A stretch of 64,000 nucleotides of DNA from an uncultured Gemmatimonadales bacterium. GTDB taxonomy: Bacteria; Gemmatimonadota; Gemmatimonadetes; Gemmatimonadales; Gemmatimonadaceae. Positions 45,194 to 55,809 of this stretch are shown here, piece by piece. A program made the translations under genes and the position numbers. Each line of letters begins with the position of its first letter. The first letter of the stretch is position 1. The notes under the pieces were generated by a model, which did not search any database, had not been told where the DNA came from, and saw nothing but the letters and a program-made list of their open reading frames with translations. Location: positions 640,001 to 704,000 of the forward strand of contig CAVPQB010000004.1 of NCBI GenBank assembly GCA_963707505.1. The letters are read 5' to 3'.

Positions 45194-47696
45194 TTACTTC
45201 GTGGGCTTCACGACAAGCGCCTGAAAGCGCGGATCGTCATGGATACTTCGCCACTGCCAGTTGTGCTCGTCGTCAAACCCGATCGCGCGCGCAGGATTGG
45301 CGCTAAGGTACAGTGCAAGAGCGCTGATTGCCTTGTCCTTCTTACCGAGCAGCGTCCACACGAACGCTTCGGTTTCCGTAACGTCCTTGGTTGGATCAAT
45401 GTCGGAAGGATCTTGCAGTTTCGCAAGGACGTGCTCCGCGCTGTCCGCGCGTCCAGCACGAGCGAGCGCCGCGGCCACGAGCGCCTGACCATTGAGTTTG
45501 GCGAGAGGCCGGTCGGAGGCCTGCGACACCATGACGAGAGAGTCAGCGAGGCGCCAGGCGCGCGGAATGTCCGGCTTGACCGCGTTTGTCCCCATCATGA
45601 GGAGGTTGCACTGTGCGAGAAGGGCATTTGTCGGGAAGCGGACGGTTCCCACGTCGCACCAGTGAATTGCGTCGGGGAATTGCTCCAGATCGAACGAGGA
45701 AATGAAGAGCCTCCACACGATGCGGTCAGCGTCACTGAGGTACGCATCCTCTTCGTACGCGCGGCGGGCGGCAAGCTTTGCATTCACCACGTCGTTGTAC
45801 TGGTAATACAGGTGGCTGAGCACCGACCACGCGGTAGGCCGGTTGGGAGAGATTTCGGTGGCGCTCTCGAGATCCTTGCGTGAATCATCGAGGAGCGCTC
45901 GTGCCTTTACGGGATCTGGCTCGATTGCGAGGAGCCATCGCCAGTAGTGCAGGGTACCGCGTAGTTCGAGCGCGTCAGGATCCTTCGGGTGCGATCTGGA
46001 TCGCTTGCGCCACATGCATGAGCCCCTTGTCGATCCATTGATTTGCACGCAGCTGATCTCTGCCGAAAAAGCGTGAGGCGCGATAATCGATTCGCCCGCG
46101 CAGTGTGGGAAGCTGCGCCCAGTCCGGATCGATGGATACCGCTCGCATCAGCGTCGAGTCCGCCCGTGCATAGTCACGCAGTATGCTAGCCGTGTCGTTC
46201 GACGTCGCAGCACTGTCGCCGCTTCGCATCTCGAGCTTTGCCTGCTGCAACAACGACCACGCTTGCGGATTGGTGGTGCCCGCGCGCTCATCTCTCAGGC
46301 TTATCTCCTGGCCCAGGCGCTGGCGCAGGAACCTCGTAACGCGTTCCGCAAGCGTATCGCGGAGTGCCAGAGGATCGGATGCCGCGGCTTCGAACGTCGC
46401 GCGTTGAAAGTCAGTCCCCGTCGCGTCCTTGAGTCTCACGCTGACACTGATCTTGTCGCCGTGTTGCTCGACACTGCCGTCGACGAGCGTTCCGACGGTC
46501 AGTGCGCGCGCGATGCTGTCGCGCGGGACGTCCTTGTTCGCGAATAACGCGGAGCCGTTCTTCGACGTGACCTGGAGCTCGGGAATCGCGGAGAGCCGGT
46601 CGATCAGCCCCTCTGTCAGACCACTCGCGAGATAACCCAGCTTGTGTCCGTCGCTCTCATCACCGAAATAAAGAACGGCGATTCGTCGTGGATCGGGGCC
46701 GCTAACGGCGCCCACGCCACCCGTACTGTGGTTGCTTCGCCACACACCGTAGCCGCCGGCGGCTACAACCGCAACCGTGGCAACTCCGATCGCGACACGT
46801 TTCCAGAGCGGTATCCCGCGCGACTCGACGTGCGCCGGTTGCACGGCGCGAAATGTCTGTGTCTCCGGATGCCGCAATGCGCTGATGAACTCTCCCGACG
46901 TCAGGTACCGATCGGCCGGGACCTTCGACAGCGCCTTCAACAGGATCCGTTCTATCTGCGGCGGTACCGTGCTTCGTATGATCGTCAGCGATGGCACGGA
47001 CTCCAGCATGTGCCGCGCGATCACTGCCTGCGCAGTAGGCCCGGTGAACGGTGGCTGACCACCGATCATCTCGTACGCAACGCATGCAAGACTGTACAGG
47101 TCGCTCCGGCCATCCAGCGCACGTTCCGCGGACGCCTGCTCGGGGCTCATGTATGTCGGTGTGCCGAGCGAGATGCCGGTCTGCGTCAGACGTTGCTCGC
47201 CAACCTGCGCCATTGCGTGCGCGATTCCGAAATCGGCGAGCACCGCGCGATCGCCGTCGAGCAGAATGTTCTCCGGCTTGATGTCGCGATGCACGATCCC
47301 GTGTTGGTGCGCGTACTCGAGCGCGTCACCGATCTCACATGTGATACGGATCGCGTCGTCGATCGACAGACTGCGCTCACGGTCGAGACGTGCGCGCAGC
47401 GATTCTCCCTCCACGTATGGCATCACATAGTAGAGAGAATTGCCGGCCTGGCCCGAGTCGAGTATCGGGAGAATGTGCGGATGCACCAGCGCGGTCGTAA
47501 CCTCGATCTCGCGTCTGAAGCGTTCGGCGCCGAGGACGATTGACACGTCAGTACTGAGCACCTTTACCGCTACCTGACGGTCGTGCTCCATGTCGTGGGC
47601 GAGATATACGGTGGCCATGCCTCCCTGGCCAATCTCTCGCTCGACAACGTACCGGTCGCTAATCGAGGACCGAACTCTTTCTATCAACGCTGACAC
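45194..47696 (-). CDS. Ser/Thr protein kinase with TM, TolB-like and TPR regions, frameshift near 45985
   Basis: IGQGGMATVY, HRDIKPEN, DFGIA, GTPTYMSPEQ. Confidence 0.93.
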
Positions 47697-47984
47697 GGGC
47701 CCGTATTTCTCGCGGGGGGAATCCTCCAACATGCCGCAAAACGCAAGGATGCGCTAGAAGCGGATTGGCTAAGTTCCGCCACAAACGCACCATCAGAATT
47801 GCGCTTGGGTGACGCAATCGCCCGCGCCACTCGTGCGCTGCAAGGCTCCGCGGTCCGCGGGAGCGTTCGGTCGAAGAACGCGGGGTTCGGCAGGATCGGC
47901 ATTTCAGTGTTCCTGGCGCCCGTACGGGCGCGGAGGCAGGGTGCCGAGCCAGGATGCCGGTATTCACGGCGTGAGCCCGCGAGG

Positions 47985-48776
47985 TCAGCCGGGTTGCGTC
48001 TCCGTGGAGTACGCCGTTGGGTCCTGACGATAAAACTCGCGAAGCTCCCGGAACAGCTCCGGATGCCGGGCCTGCAGTGCCAGCGGCCGCTCGAAGAACG
48101 CTTCGGTCGCGACAGCGAAGAATTCGGCTGGATTCGTTGCGCCGTAGGTGTCCAGCACGGTCGGAAGGCCGGCGTCGTCCGCATGGCGTAACGCCCGGAG
48201 CTCAGCGCTCATCACGCGCGCCCACGCGACGTACGCCCCTTTCGTTTGGAGCTCCGGAGTTCCATCGGCGACGAGATTCTCGAAATCCAGCTGATGCGCG
48301 AATTCGTGGAGAACGAGGTTTCTTCCGTCGCTCGGATCAGCCGCGCCCTGCTTCGCGGCGTCCCATGCGAGCACCATCGCGCGGAGCTCCCGCGCCGTGT
48401 GCCCAAGGCGGTCCTGGCCGCCTTCCTCCCAGATCCAACCGCCGATGGGATTTTGCTCGTATGCGGTGTATCCCGACGGATACACGATTATCGAAGTGAG
48501 CTCGGGATAGTAGTCGGTCTCACGGTGCAGCAGCAGCATGCACGCCTGCGCGGCGATCGTTACGCGGATCTCGTCGGTCATCTCGAGTCCGCCGCTCCCT
48601 TCGAAGTGCTTCTCGACGAGAAAGACCTGCACGTGGCCGAGCAGCTCGGTCTGATCCGCAGCCGTAAGACGCCGGAATACCGGGAGATTTCGCTCTACGA
48701 TGGCGCGCCATGCTTCCGGGAACGGCTGCGTGCGAAGACGCTCCCGCCGCCGCTTCGTGCCAAGGCCAAAGACCAT
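47985..48776 (-). CDS. MtfA/peptidase M90 zinc metallopeptidase
   Basis: IAAQAC, HEFAHQLD, YGATNPAEFFAVATEAFFE. Confidence 0.92.
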   Translation of the reverse strand: MVFGLGTKRRRERLRTQPFPEAWRAIVERNLPVFRRLTAADQTELLGHVQVFLVEKHFEGSGGLEMTDEIRVTIAAQACMLLLHRETDYYPELTSIIVYPSGYTAYEQNPIGGWIWEEGGQDRLGHTARELRAMVLAWDAAKQGAADPSDGRNLVLHEFAHQLDFENLVADGTPELQTKGAYVAWARVMSAELRALRHADDAGLPTVLDTYGATNPAEFFAVATEAFFERPLALQARHPELFRELREFYRQDPTAYSTETQPG

Positions 48777-48805
48777 ACGCAAAGTTAACCGCGGCGCGGC
48801 GAGTG

Positions 48806-49990
48806 CTATCTCTTTCCGACGCTGTATTTCGCCAGTATCTCACGCACGCGATCCAGTGGTATCGCCTCGACCGTTCTGCCTTCGCTCGTCACCGATGTCG
48901 CCATGAACATCGAGTTGTAAACTGCTTCTTCCGTCGATTCTATCACCGCCTCGAACAGTGGCGACATGTCGTCGTTCGATACGTCTTCGGTGCTTCTTGG
49001 CACGGGCTTCCGATCCTGCGGCCTTCCACTCGACTGGACTATGCGGCGACGCACTCCTTCCGCAGTGGAGAAGGCGATCACGTAGTCTCCTGATCCGTTC
49101 GACGCGCTCGAGCCCGTGCGCGCAATGCCCATCATCGCGCGCGCAGCGAGCCGCTCCAGGTTGCGATCCGAAAGTGGTGCATCGGTTGCGACGACGATCA
49201 TCACCGATCCGTCGCCACGCTCCTGCTCGACGTAGTCCTTATACGCGTATTTCCCGAGCTCTCGGCCAACCGGCGCGCCCATCACCTGAAGCACGCCGCC
49301 GAAGTTGGTCTGAACGAGCACGCCGACGGTCCAGCCGCCGAGCGTGGTAGGCAACACGCGTGACGACGTGCCGATGCCACCCTTCCACTGGAATACGATC
49401 GTTCCTGCACCCGCACCGACGCTCCCTTCGGCAACCGGTCCGCTATTCGCGGACGCCAGCGCGTGGTGAACGTCTTCCGGAGAGATCGGGCGCGAGCGGA
49501 TCGCGTTCAACGTTCCATCGTTCGTCTCGCCGACGACAGGATTGATCGATCTCACGTTCTCCATGCCGGGCATGCTCAGCAGTTCCGCCGTGAGCGCATC
49601 TGCCGCGCGCCACACACAGAGCGTGCATGTCAGCAGGATCGGCGTCTCCAGCTCGCCCAACTCCCTGAGCTGCGTCGCGCCGACCAGCTTGCCGAATGCG
49701 TTCCCGACGAATACGGCTGCCGGAACTCGATCGAAAAACATGTTGCCGCCATGCGGAAGAATCGCGGTCACGCCGGTGTGCACCGAATCGCCAGCGATCA
49801 CTGTCGACTGTCCAACAAGGACACCTCTGACGTCGGTAATCGCGTTCTGCTTTCCCGGCGTGAAGATGCCCGGCGCGACGCCGAGCGCTCGTGCGCGCAC
49901 GCGGGGTTGCTGTGCGTCGAGGATGCCGGTAACTGTCAGGGCTGCCACGCAGATGGCGAGCACTCTGCTGTTTGAACTGATTGGGTGCAT
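48806..49990 (-). CDS. DmpA-like (P1/S58) aminopeptidase
   Basis: NAITDV, PVVGETNDG, NGSGD autoprocessing site. Confidence 0.92.
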   Translation of the reverse strand: MHPISSNSRVLAICVAALTVTGILDAQQPRVRARALGVAPGIFTPGKQNAITDVRGVLVGQSTVIAGDSVHTGVTAILPHGGNMFFDRVPAAVFVGNAFGKLVGATQLRELGELETPILLTCTLCVWRAADALTAELLSMPGMENVRSINPVVGETNDGTLNAIRSRPISPEDVHHALASANSGPVAEGSVGAGAGTIVFQWKGGIGTSSRVLPTTLGGWTVGVLVQTNFGGVLQVMGAPVGRELGKYAYKDYVEQERGDGSVMIVVATDAPLSDRNLERLAARAMMGIARTGSSASNGSGDYVIAFSTAEGVRRRIVQSSGRPQDRKPVPRSTEDVSNDDMSPLFEAVIESTEEAVYNSMFMATSVTSEGRTVEAIPLDRVREILAKYSVGKR

Positions 49991-50109
49991 GCGTGTGGGA
50001 GGTTGGAGTGACCAATCATACTACGGACGGAGCGAGACCGACATCGGACAGGTGTGTTGGGCATACCCAACGCGGTTGCGCCCGCGCGGATCGGGGCTCA
50101 GATTTCATT

Positions 50110-50236
50110 GCGTAACCCAGGTTGCACCCCGTCCGCGGAAAGGGATTATCCCACCTGAGCGCTTGTCGCACCACTGAGCGTCGACCTCACTTCTGCCCGT
50201 TGCTGGCGGACCTCGGGCGTTGCAGAAGGAGGAGTG
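50110..50236 (+). ncRNA. Candidate structured cis-regulatory leader RNA
   Basis: Several complementary segments including CCTC-A-CTTCTGC/GCAGAAG-GAGG covering the SD and GTCCGC/GCGGAC long-range pairing. Confidence 0.55.
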
Positions 50237-51673
50237 ATGTCTCGTGCGCTGCCATCCCGTCCCAATCTGGAGCACCTCAAAAAACAGGCGAAAGCTCTGC
50301 TTCGCCACTATCTCGCGGGAGATACGGACGCACTTCGATCGTTCGGTGCGCGCAAGCCTGGCGCACCCTCACCCAAGCTCGCCGACGCGCAGCACGCACT
50401 TGCGCGGGAGTACGGTTTCCCGAGCTGGGCCCGGCTCAAGCACAACGTGGAATCGCTGACCGGTACCGACGCGGCCCGCGCACTCGAGGCCGCAGTCCGG
50501 CTTAACGACGCGCAGCGTGTTCGCGATGTCATCGCGCGTTTCCCGGGCATCGCGAGCGAGCTCGACAGTGCCATGCCGAATGGCGACTTCGGCGCGACGC
50601 CATTGCTCGCCGCCGTGCATCTCTGCAACCGCGAAATGATCGACGTGCTGCTCGCAGCGGGCGCCAACGTTAATCAGCGCAGCCACTGGTGGGCCGGCAG
50701 CTTCGGAGTATTGGGCAGCGATGCGGATCTCAACGCCTTCCTCATCGCTCGTGGCGCAGTTGTGGACGCACACGATGCTGCGCAGGCGGGAATGCTGGAA
50801 CGGTTGAAGGAGCTCGTGGCAATGGATCCGGAAGTCGTGCGCGCACGGTTCGGCGATGGGCAGACGCCGCTGCACGTTGCATCTTCAGTCGAGATCGCGG
50901 AGCTGTTGCTCGATACCGGCGCGGATATCGACGCGCTGGACGTGGATCACGAATCCACGCCCGCTCAGTATCTCGTTCGTGATCATCAGGACGTGGTGCG
51001 TTATCTCATCTCGCGCGGCTGCAGGACCGACATCCTCATGGCGTGCGCGATCGGTGACGTAGAGCTTGTCCGCCGCCACCTGACGGACGATCCGCACTCG
51101 GTCTGGACGACCGTTTCGCCAAAATATTTCCCGATGAAGGACTCACGCGCTGGTGGTTCGATCTACATCTGGACGCTGGGAAACTTGCTGAGCGCACACT
51201 CCGTCGCTCGTCAATTCGGACATGAGGACGTTCTGGCGCTGTTGATGGACCATACGCCTGATTCACTCGCGCTCGCCCTGGCATACGAAGCTGGCGACGA
51301 GGCCGCGGTAGATGGCATCAAGGCTCGCAATCCGAATATGGACCACCAGCTCACCGACGAGCTTCTCGCAAAACTTCCGGCAGCGGCGCGGTCGAACAAC
51401 TCTGTCGGCATTCACCTCATGCTTCTCGCTGGATGGCCAGCTTCTGCCCTGAACGACCGGGGTGAGACTGCGCTGCACTGGGCTGCATTTCATGGCAACG
51501 GGGACTCCGTCGCCGAACTCATCCGCCACGGTGCAGATGTAACGCTCAAGGACGTCGCCTTCGAGGGCACGCCACTCGGCTGGGGCCAATACGGCGCCGA
51601 CAATAGCTGGCTTCGCGACGGCGGCGATTATCCATCAGTCATTCGCGCGCTAGAAGCCGCTGGCGCAAGGTGA
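50237..51673 (+). CDS. Ankyrin-repeat protein with N-terminal LPxRPNLEHLKKQAK...AREYGFxSW domain
   Basis: TPLLAA, GQTPLHVA, GETALHWAAFHG, GTPLGW; SD AAGGAGG. Confidence 0.9.
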   Translation: MSRALPSRPNLEHLKKQAKALLRHYLAGDTDALRSFGARKPGAPSPKLADAQHALAREYGFPSWARLKHNVESLTGTDAARALEAAVRLNDAQRVRDVIARFPGIASELDSAMPNGDFGATPLLAAVHLCNREMIDVLLAAGANVNQRSHWWAGSFGVLGSDADLNAFLIARGAVVDAHDAAQAGMLERLKELVAMDPEVVRARFGDGQTPLHVASSVEIAELLLDTGADIDALDVDHESTPAQYLVRDHQDVVRYLISRGCRTDILMACAIGDVELVRRHLTDDPHSVWTTVSPKYFPMKDSRAGGSIYIWTLGNLLSAHSVARQFGHEDVLALLMDHTPDSLALALAYEAGDEAAVDGIKARNPNMDHQLTDELLAKLPAAARSNNSVGIHLMLLAGWPASALNDRGETALHWAAFHGNGDSVAELIRHGADVTLKDVAFEGTPLGWGQYGADNSWLRDGGDYPSVIRALEAAGAR

Positions 51674-51674
51674 C

Positions 51675-51718
51675 AAAAAACCATACCGGGAGCGCGACGG
51701 TGCGCTGCCGGTATGGTT
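51675..51718. terminator. Terminator hairpin between the convergent ankyrin and porin genes
   Basis: AAAAAACCATACCGG...CCGGTATGGTT. Confidence 0.7.
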
Positions 51719-51774
51719 CAGTTTGTCAATTCATCACAAGGAGCATAAGGAACGGTGCGTCATAAGGTGCGTCG

Positions 51775-52941
51775 CTAGAAATTCGCAACCCAGTGCATGT
51801 AGTAAGTCTTTGTAGGTGCGACGGGGGCGCCATTCGCTGGCGTTGCTTCCTGGTAGTCGAGTGATATCGACGTTCTGGACGTCAGATCCCAGCTGAGTCC
51901 ACCGATGAACGTGTTGATTTTCGGACTGGTGGACGTGTTGGGGGTCAGCTGATCGTATCTCAGCACGACACCGAGCGGAATCGTCGATTTTGAGTCGACC
52001 ATCTTGAACGGCCTGGCGACGACGTAGCCTGCAACCAGGCGTCCGGTGCTATCCGCTATTCCGGCGGGAGAGGCAGCCGTGTTCGCACCCGTGTCCATTC
52101 CGTCCTGACGTTGCGCGTAGTCGATACCAACTACGAGACGCGGATCACGGATTCCGACGAAACCGCCGTACCGGTTGCGTTCCAGGCCGGTACCTATCGG
52201 ACCAAGCTGTCCACTCCCTCCATTCACGAACTTGCTGGCGAGATCGCCGCGATACACCCATCCGTCGATCGCGAGTGTGCGGAGATACGACAGATCGCTG
52301 TTGCCGAGAGGTGTGATGGTGAGTCGCCCCTGATAATCCTTGAACCTGTCAGTCTCGCGCGATGCGTATCCGGATCCGTTCGTCACGGCGACATATGCTT
52401 CGCCCAATTTGTTCGGCAGCGTAACGATGCCGGCGATTCCCGCGTCTGCTGAGGAGAAAAAGCCAGCGCGCTCGACCGGAGTCTGTGACAACCAGCGCGG
52501 CCAGAAGTTTTCCTCGTGGTCGATGAACATCGTGTGTATGAGACCGATCCGGCTGGTGAATCCCCAGTCACCGCTCTTCTTTGCCTTGAGAAAATCATAC
52601 TGCAGGTACGCGTACTTCGCGCGCAGCACCCAGCCCTTGTAGTACGAATCGCTTCCGGATGCCGTCTGCTGATACAGATCCCCAGTTACGCGGATGCTCG
52701 CTCGATCGCCGGCCGGCATCTTGAAGGTGAGATAAGCGCGCTCGACGTCGAACTTGTTCTGGTCCTTGTTTGCGCCGGCAGCAGCCTGATACTGGTAATT
52801 CCCGAATACGACGCCGGAGAAGTCGATCGGAATTGTTACCTTCGTAACGGTTTTGGTGGTATCGGTCCGAGTCGTGTCCTGAGCCATCAGCGTCGGCGGA
52901 AGCAACACGGCGACTGCGAGAAGTGAGGCGGATATTCGCAT
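51775..52941 (-). CDS. Outer-membrane beta-barrel protein, probable phosphate porin
   Basis: Signal peptide, FDVERAYL, KYAYLQY, C-terminal Phe; directly after pstS. Confidence 0.7.
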   Translation of the reverse strand: MRISASLLAVAVLLPPTLMAQDTTRTDTTKTVTKVTIPIDFSGVVFGNYQYQAAAGANKDQNKFDVERAYLTFKMPAGDRASIRVTGDLYQQTASGSDSYYKGWVLRAKYAYLQYDFLKAKKSGDWGFTSRIGLIHTMFIDHEENFWPRWLSQTPVERAGFFSSADAGIAGIVTLPNKLGEAYVAVTNGSGYASRETDRFKDYQGRLTITPLGNSDLSYLRTLAIDGWVYRGDLASKFVNGGSGQLGPIGTGLERNRYGGFVGIRDPRLVVGIDYAQRQDGMDTGANTAASPAGIADSTGRLVAGYVVARPFKMVDSKSTIPLGVVLRYDQLTPNTSTSPKINTFIGGLSWDLTSRTSISLDYQEATPANGAPVAPTKTYYMHWVANF

Positions 52942-52943
52942 TG

Positions 52944-53984
52944 TTACTTGCTCGCTCCGAGCGCGGTGAGACGTGCGTCAAGCCGACTAACCATTGTTGC
53001 CGGAAGTGGTGCGTAGTCGAGCGATCCTGCAACCGACTCACCATTCTTATATACCCAACGCAGGAAGTTGGCGAGCGCCTTTCCCTTCACAGCATCCTTG
53101 GGATGCTCGTAAACGAGTATCCAGGTGAACGATGAGATCGGATACGCAGCCTTGCCTGGCGCGTTCACGATCGAGATGCGGTAATCGGTATTCGCGGGAA
53201 TCTTTGCCGCCGCTCCAGCCGCCGCTGCGGTAACCGATTCCAGCGTCGGTGCGACCCACTCGCCAGCCGCATTCTTGATCAGCGCAACCGGAAGCTTGTT
53301 CTGCTTCGCGTACGACAGCTCGACGTAGCCGACCGCGCCTGGAAGCTGTTTCACCTGGCCCGTAACACCTTCGCTGCCCTTGCCACCGAGTCCCACTGGC
53401 CAGTTGAGGCTCTGTCCTCTACCTACCTTGCCCGCCCATGACGTGCTGATGGTTGCGAGGTAATCGCTGAAGATGAACGTCGTGCCGCTGCCATCAGCGC
53501 GGTGTACCACTATCACGTCGGTCGATGGGAGCTTCACGCCCGGGTTGAGCGCCGCGACGCGCGAGTCGTTCCACTTCGTGATGCCGCCCATGAAGATGTC
53601 GGCGAGAACGGGACCGGTGAGCTTGAGCGGCTGCGTCACGCCCGGAAGGTTGTACGTTACGGCGACACCACCCAGAACCGTCGGGAAGTGCAGGATCGCG
53701 CCACCCTTCGCTTTGGCGAGCTGCTCGTCCGTCATAGGCCCGTCGGTCGCGCCAAAATCGACGATTCCGTCGGATAGCTGACGAATTCCACCGCTCGATC
53801 CGATCGATTGGTAGTTGATCTTCACTCCGGTTTTCTGCGCGTACATCGCGGCCCATTTGGAGTAGATCGGATACGCGAAACTCGATCCGGCGCCAGTGAG
53901 GTTGGTTGCTTGCGCGCACGCTATCGAGATGAATGCGCCTGACATCACTGCAGTCAGTGCCGCAATACGAACAGGTCGAATCAC
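52944..53984 (-). CDS. pstS: Phosphate ABC transporter substrate-binding protein
   Basis: GAGSSF, NYQSIGSSGG, DFGATD, RADGSGTT, YPISSFTW. Confidence 0.97.
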   Translation of the reverse strand: MIRPVRIAALTAVMSGAFISIACAQATNLTGAGSSFAYPIYSKWAAMYAQKTGVKINYQSIGSSGGIRQLSDGIVDFGATDGPMTDEQLAKAKGGAILHFPTVLGGVAVTYNLPGVTQPLKLTGPVLADIFMGGITKWNDSRVAALNPGVKLPSTDVIVVHRADGSGTTFIFSDYLATISTSWAGKVGRGQSLNWPVGLGGKGSEGVTGQVKQLPGAVGYVELSYAKQNKLPVALIKNAAGEWVAPTLESVTAAAAGAAAKIPANTDYRISIVNAPGKAAYPISSFTWILVYEHPKDAVKGKALANFLRWVYKNGESVAGSLDYAPLPATMVSRLDARLTALGASK

Positions 53985-54057
53985 AGGGTACTCCGTGAGA
54001 GGGTTTGAACCAGCACCCAATGATCGCTAACACACATCACGGAATTCACCGCGATTC

Positions 54058-54074
54058 GGTAACGGCTATGTCAC
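54058..54074. promoter_or_regulatory. Putative Pho box upstream of pstS
   Basis: GGTAAC-GGCTA-TGTCAC, nearly identical to the pstC site. Confidence 0.6.
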
Positions 54075-54084
54075 GGCTGATCCA

Positions 54085-55809
54085 TCACGTCTCGCGCGGC
54101 GCCGACACGGCGGCCGGAAACGAGGCGCTCACGGTCGTGCCGCGTCCGAGCACACTCTCGGCCCGCACCGTTCCTCCGTGCGCCTCCACCAGATGCTTCA
54201 CGATCGCGAGCCCGAGCCCGGTCCCGCCCTTGTCGCGCGAGCGCGCGGAGTCGGCGCGATAAAAACGCTCGAAGATGCGCGGCAGATGCGCGGGCGCAAT
54301 CCCGACCCCGGAGTCTCTCACACCAACCACGGTGTATCCGGCCGCGTCGCGGTGAGCGAATACCGTGACCGTTCCGTGTGAAGTGTGGCGGACGGCATTC
54401 TCGACGAGATTCGAGATTACCTGACGCAACGCGGTGCGATCCGCGTACACCCAGCGTGCATCGTTGGATACCTGCGCTTCCGTTATGACGTCGTTGGCCG
54501 TAGCAACTTCGGCACTGGACGCGATCGCTTCGGCTGCGACAGCAGCGACGTCCACATTCACCGGCCGCGGAACCCAACCGCCCGACTCGATGCGCGATAG
54601 GTCCAGCAGCTCGTCCACGATGCGTTGCATGCGGGCAGTGTTGGATTGTATCAATGCTGCGAATCTGATGCGATCGCCCTCCTCGACGCCGGGCTCGCGG
54701 AGTGTCTCGGCGAATCCACCGATCACGGTGAGCGGAGTGCGCAGCTCGTGCGACACATTTGCGACGAAATCCCGCCGCATCGCTTCCAGTCTGCGTGTTC
54801 TGGTGAGGTCGGTGAGCGCGAGTACCGCGCCACCATGCGGCAACGGCCGTGCCGCTACGGCCAGCATCCGTCCCGAGATCTCCATGGGGTCGCCGTCAGA
54901 CGGTACGCCGCTCAGTGCACTCTCGAGTACGGTGTGCAGCTCGCGCTCACGTGGTATGTGATCGGCGGAGAACGGTACCTGCTCATGGATGCCCAGCATG
55001 CCGCGTGCGGCAGTATTGATGCGCAGCACGGAACGGCGAGCGCTGATTGCGAGTACGCCTTCACCGAGCGACTCCACAACGGCCGACACCAGCGCCTCGT
55101 CATCCTGCAACGCCTTGAGGCGCGCGCCGAGCTGCTCGGACAGACTGTACAGTGCGCGCGCCAGATCGCCGACCTCGCCGGGCGCCGACATCGATGGCCG
55201 GCGCGACAGGTCGCCGTCCGCGATCGCGCGCGCAACGTCGCGCAATTCGACTACCGGACGCGACACGGTGCGGGCGAAAACAATTGCGAGTAACAGCGCG
55301 ATGGCCGCGGCGGCCACACCGGCGAAGGCGACGTCGCCCAGTGCAGTATTGAATATCGTGTCGAACGACGCAGTGCTCTGCGATACGCGAGCAGCGCCCA
55401 ATTGGGCGGGTACCGCGACGTACACCTCGTCGTCGCCTTCCGATGGACTGAGCCGGCGCGACGTGCCAACCCGGCCGGCGAACGCGGCGATCACCTCCGG
55501 TCGTCCCGAGTGATTCTGCAAGCCGGCGACGCCCGCCGAGTCGAACTGCGAGTCTCCGAGCACGACTCCGTCGCGACGGATCAGCGTTACCCTGTGCCCC
55601 AGTGTTCTTCCCGCAGCGTGCGCCAGTTGCGGCGCGCTGACAGCTGGCGTCCATTGCGAGGCTACGAACTGAGCCTCGCGCGCGAGCTCGTCAGTGCGCT
55701 CGGTAGTGAGACGCCCGTGCAGCTGCCGATCCAGAATGAACGCGACCGTCAACGTCAGCGCGATGATTATTGCGAGTGACGAAAGCAGCAATCGATTGGC
55801 GAGCCTCAC
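54085..55809 (-). CDS. phoR: Phosphate sensor histidine kinase
   Basis: HAMP, PAS, DFVANVSHELRTPL, GGTGLGLAIVKH; context. Confidence 0.9.
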   Translation of the reverse strand: MRLANRLLLSSLAIIIALTLTVAFILDRQLHGRLTTERTDELAREAQFVASQWTPAVSAPQLAHAAGRTLGHRVTLIRRDGVVLGDSQFDSAGVAGLQNHSGRPEVIAAFAGRVGTSRRLSPSEGDDEVYVAVPAQLGAARVSQSTASFDTIFNTALGDVAFAGVAAAAIALLLAIVFARTVSRPVVELRDVARAIADGDLSRRPSMSAPGEVGDLARALYSLSEQLGARLKALQDDEALVSAVVESLGEGVLAISARRSVLRINTAARGMLGIHEQVPFSADHIPRERELHTVLESALSGVPSDGDPMEISGRMLAVAARPLPHGGAVLALTDLTRTRRLEAMRRDFVANVSHELRTPLTVIGGFAETLREPGVEEGDRIRFAALIQSNTARMQRIVDELLDLSRIESGGWVPRPVNVDVAAVAAEAIASSAEVATANDVITEAQVSNDARWVYADRTALRQVISNLVENAVRHTSHGTVTVFAHRDAAGYTVVGVRDSGVGIAPAHLPRIFERFYRADSARSRDKGGTGLGLAIVKHLVEAHGGTVRAESVLGRGTTVSASFPAAVSAPRET

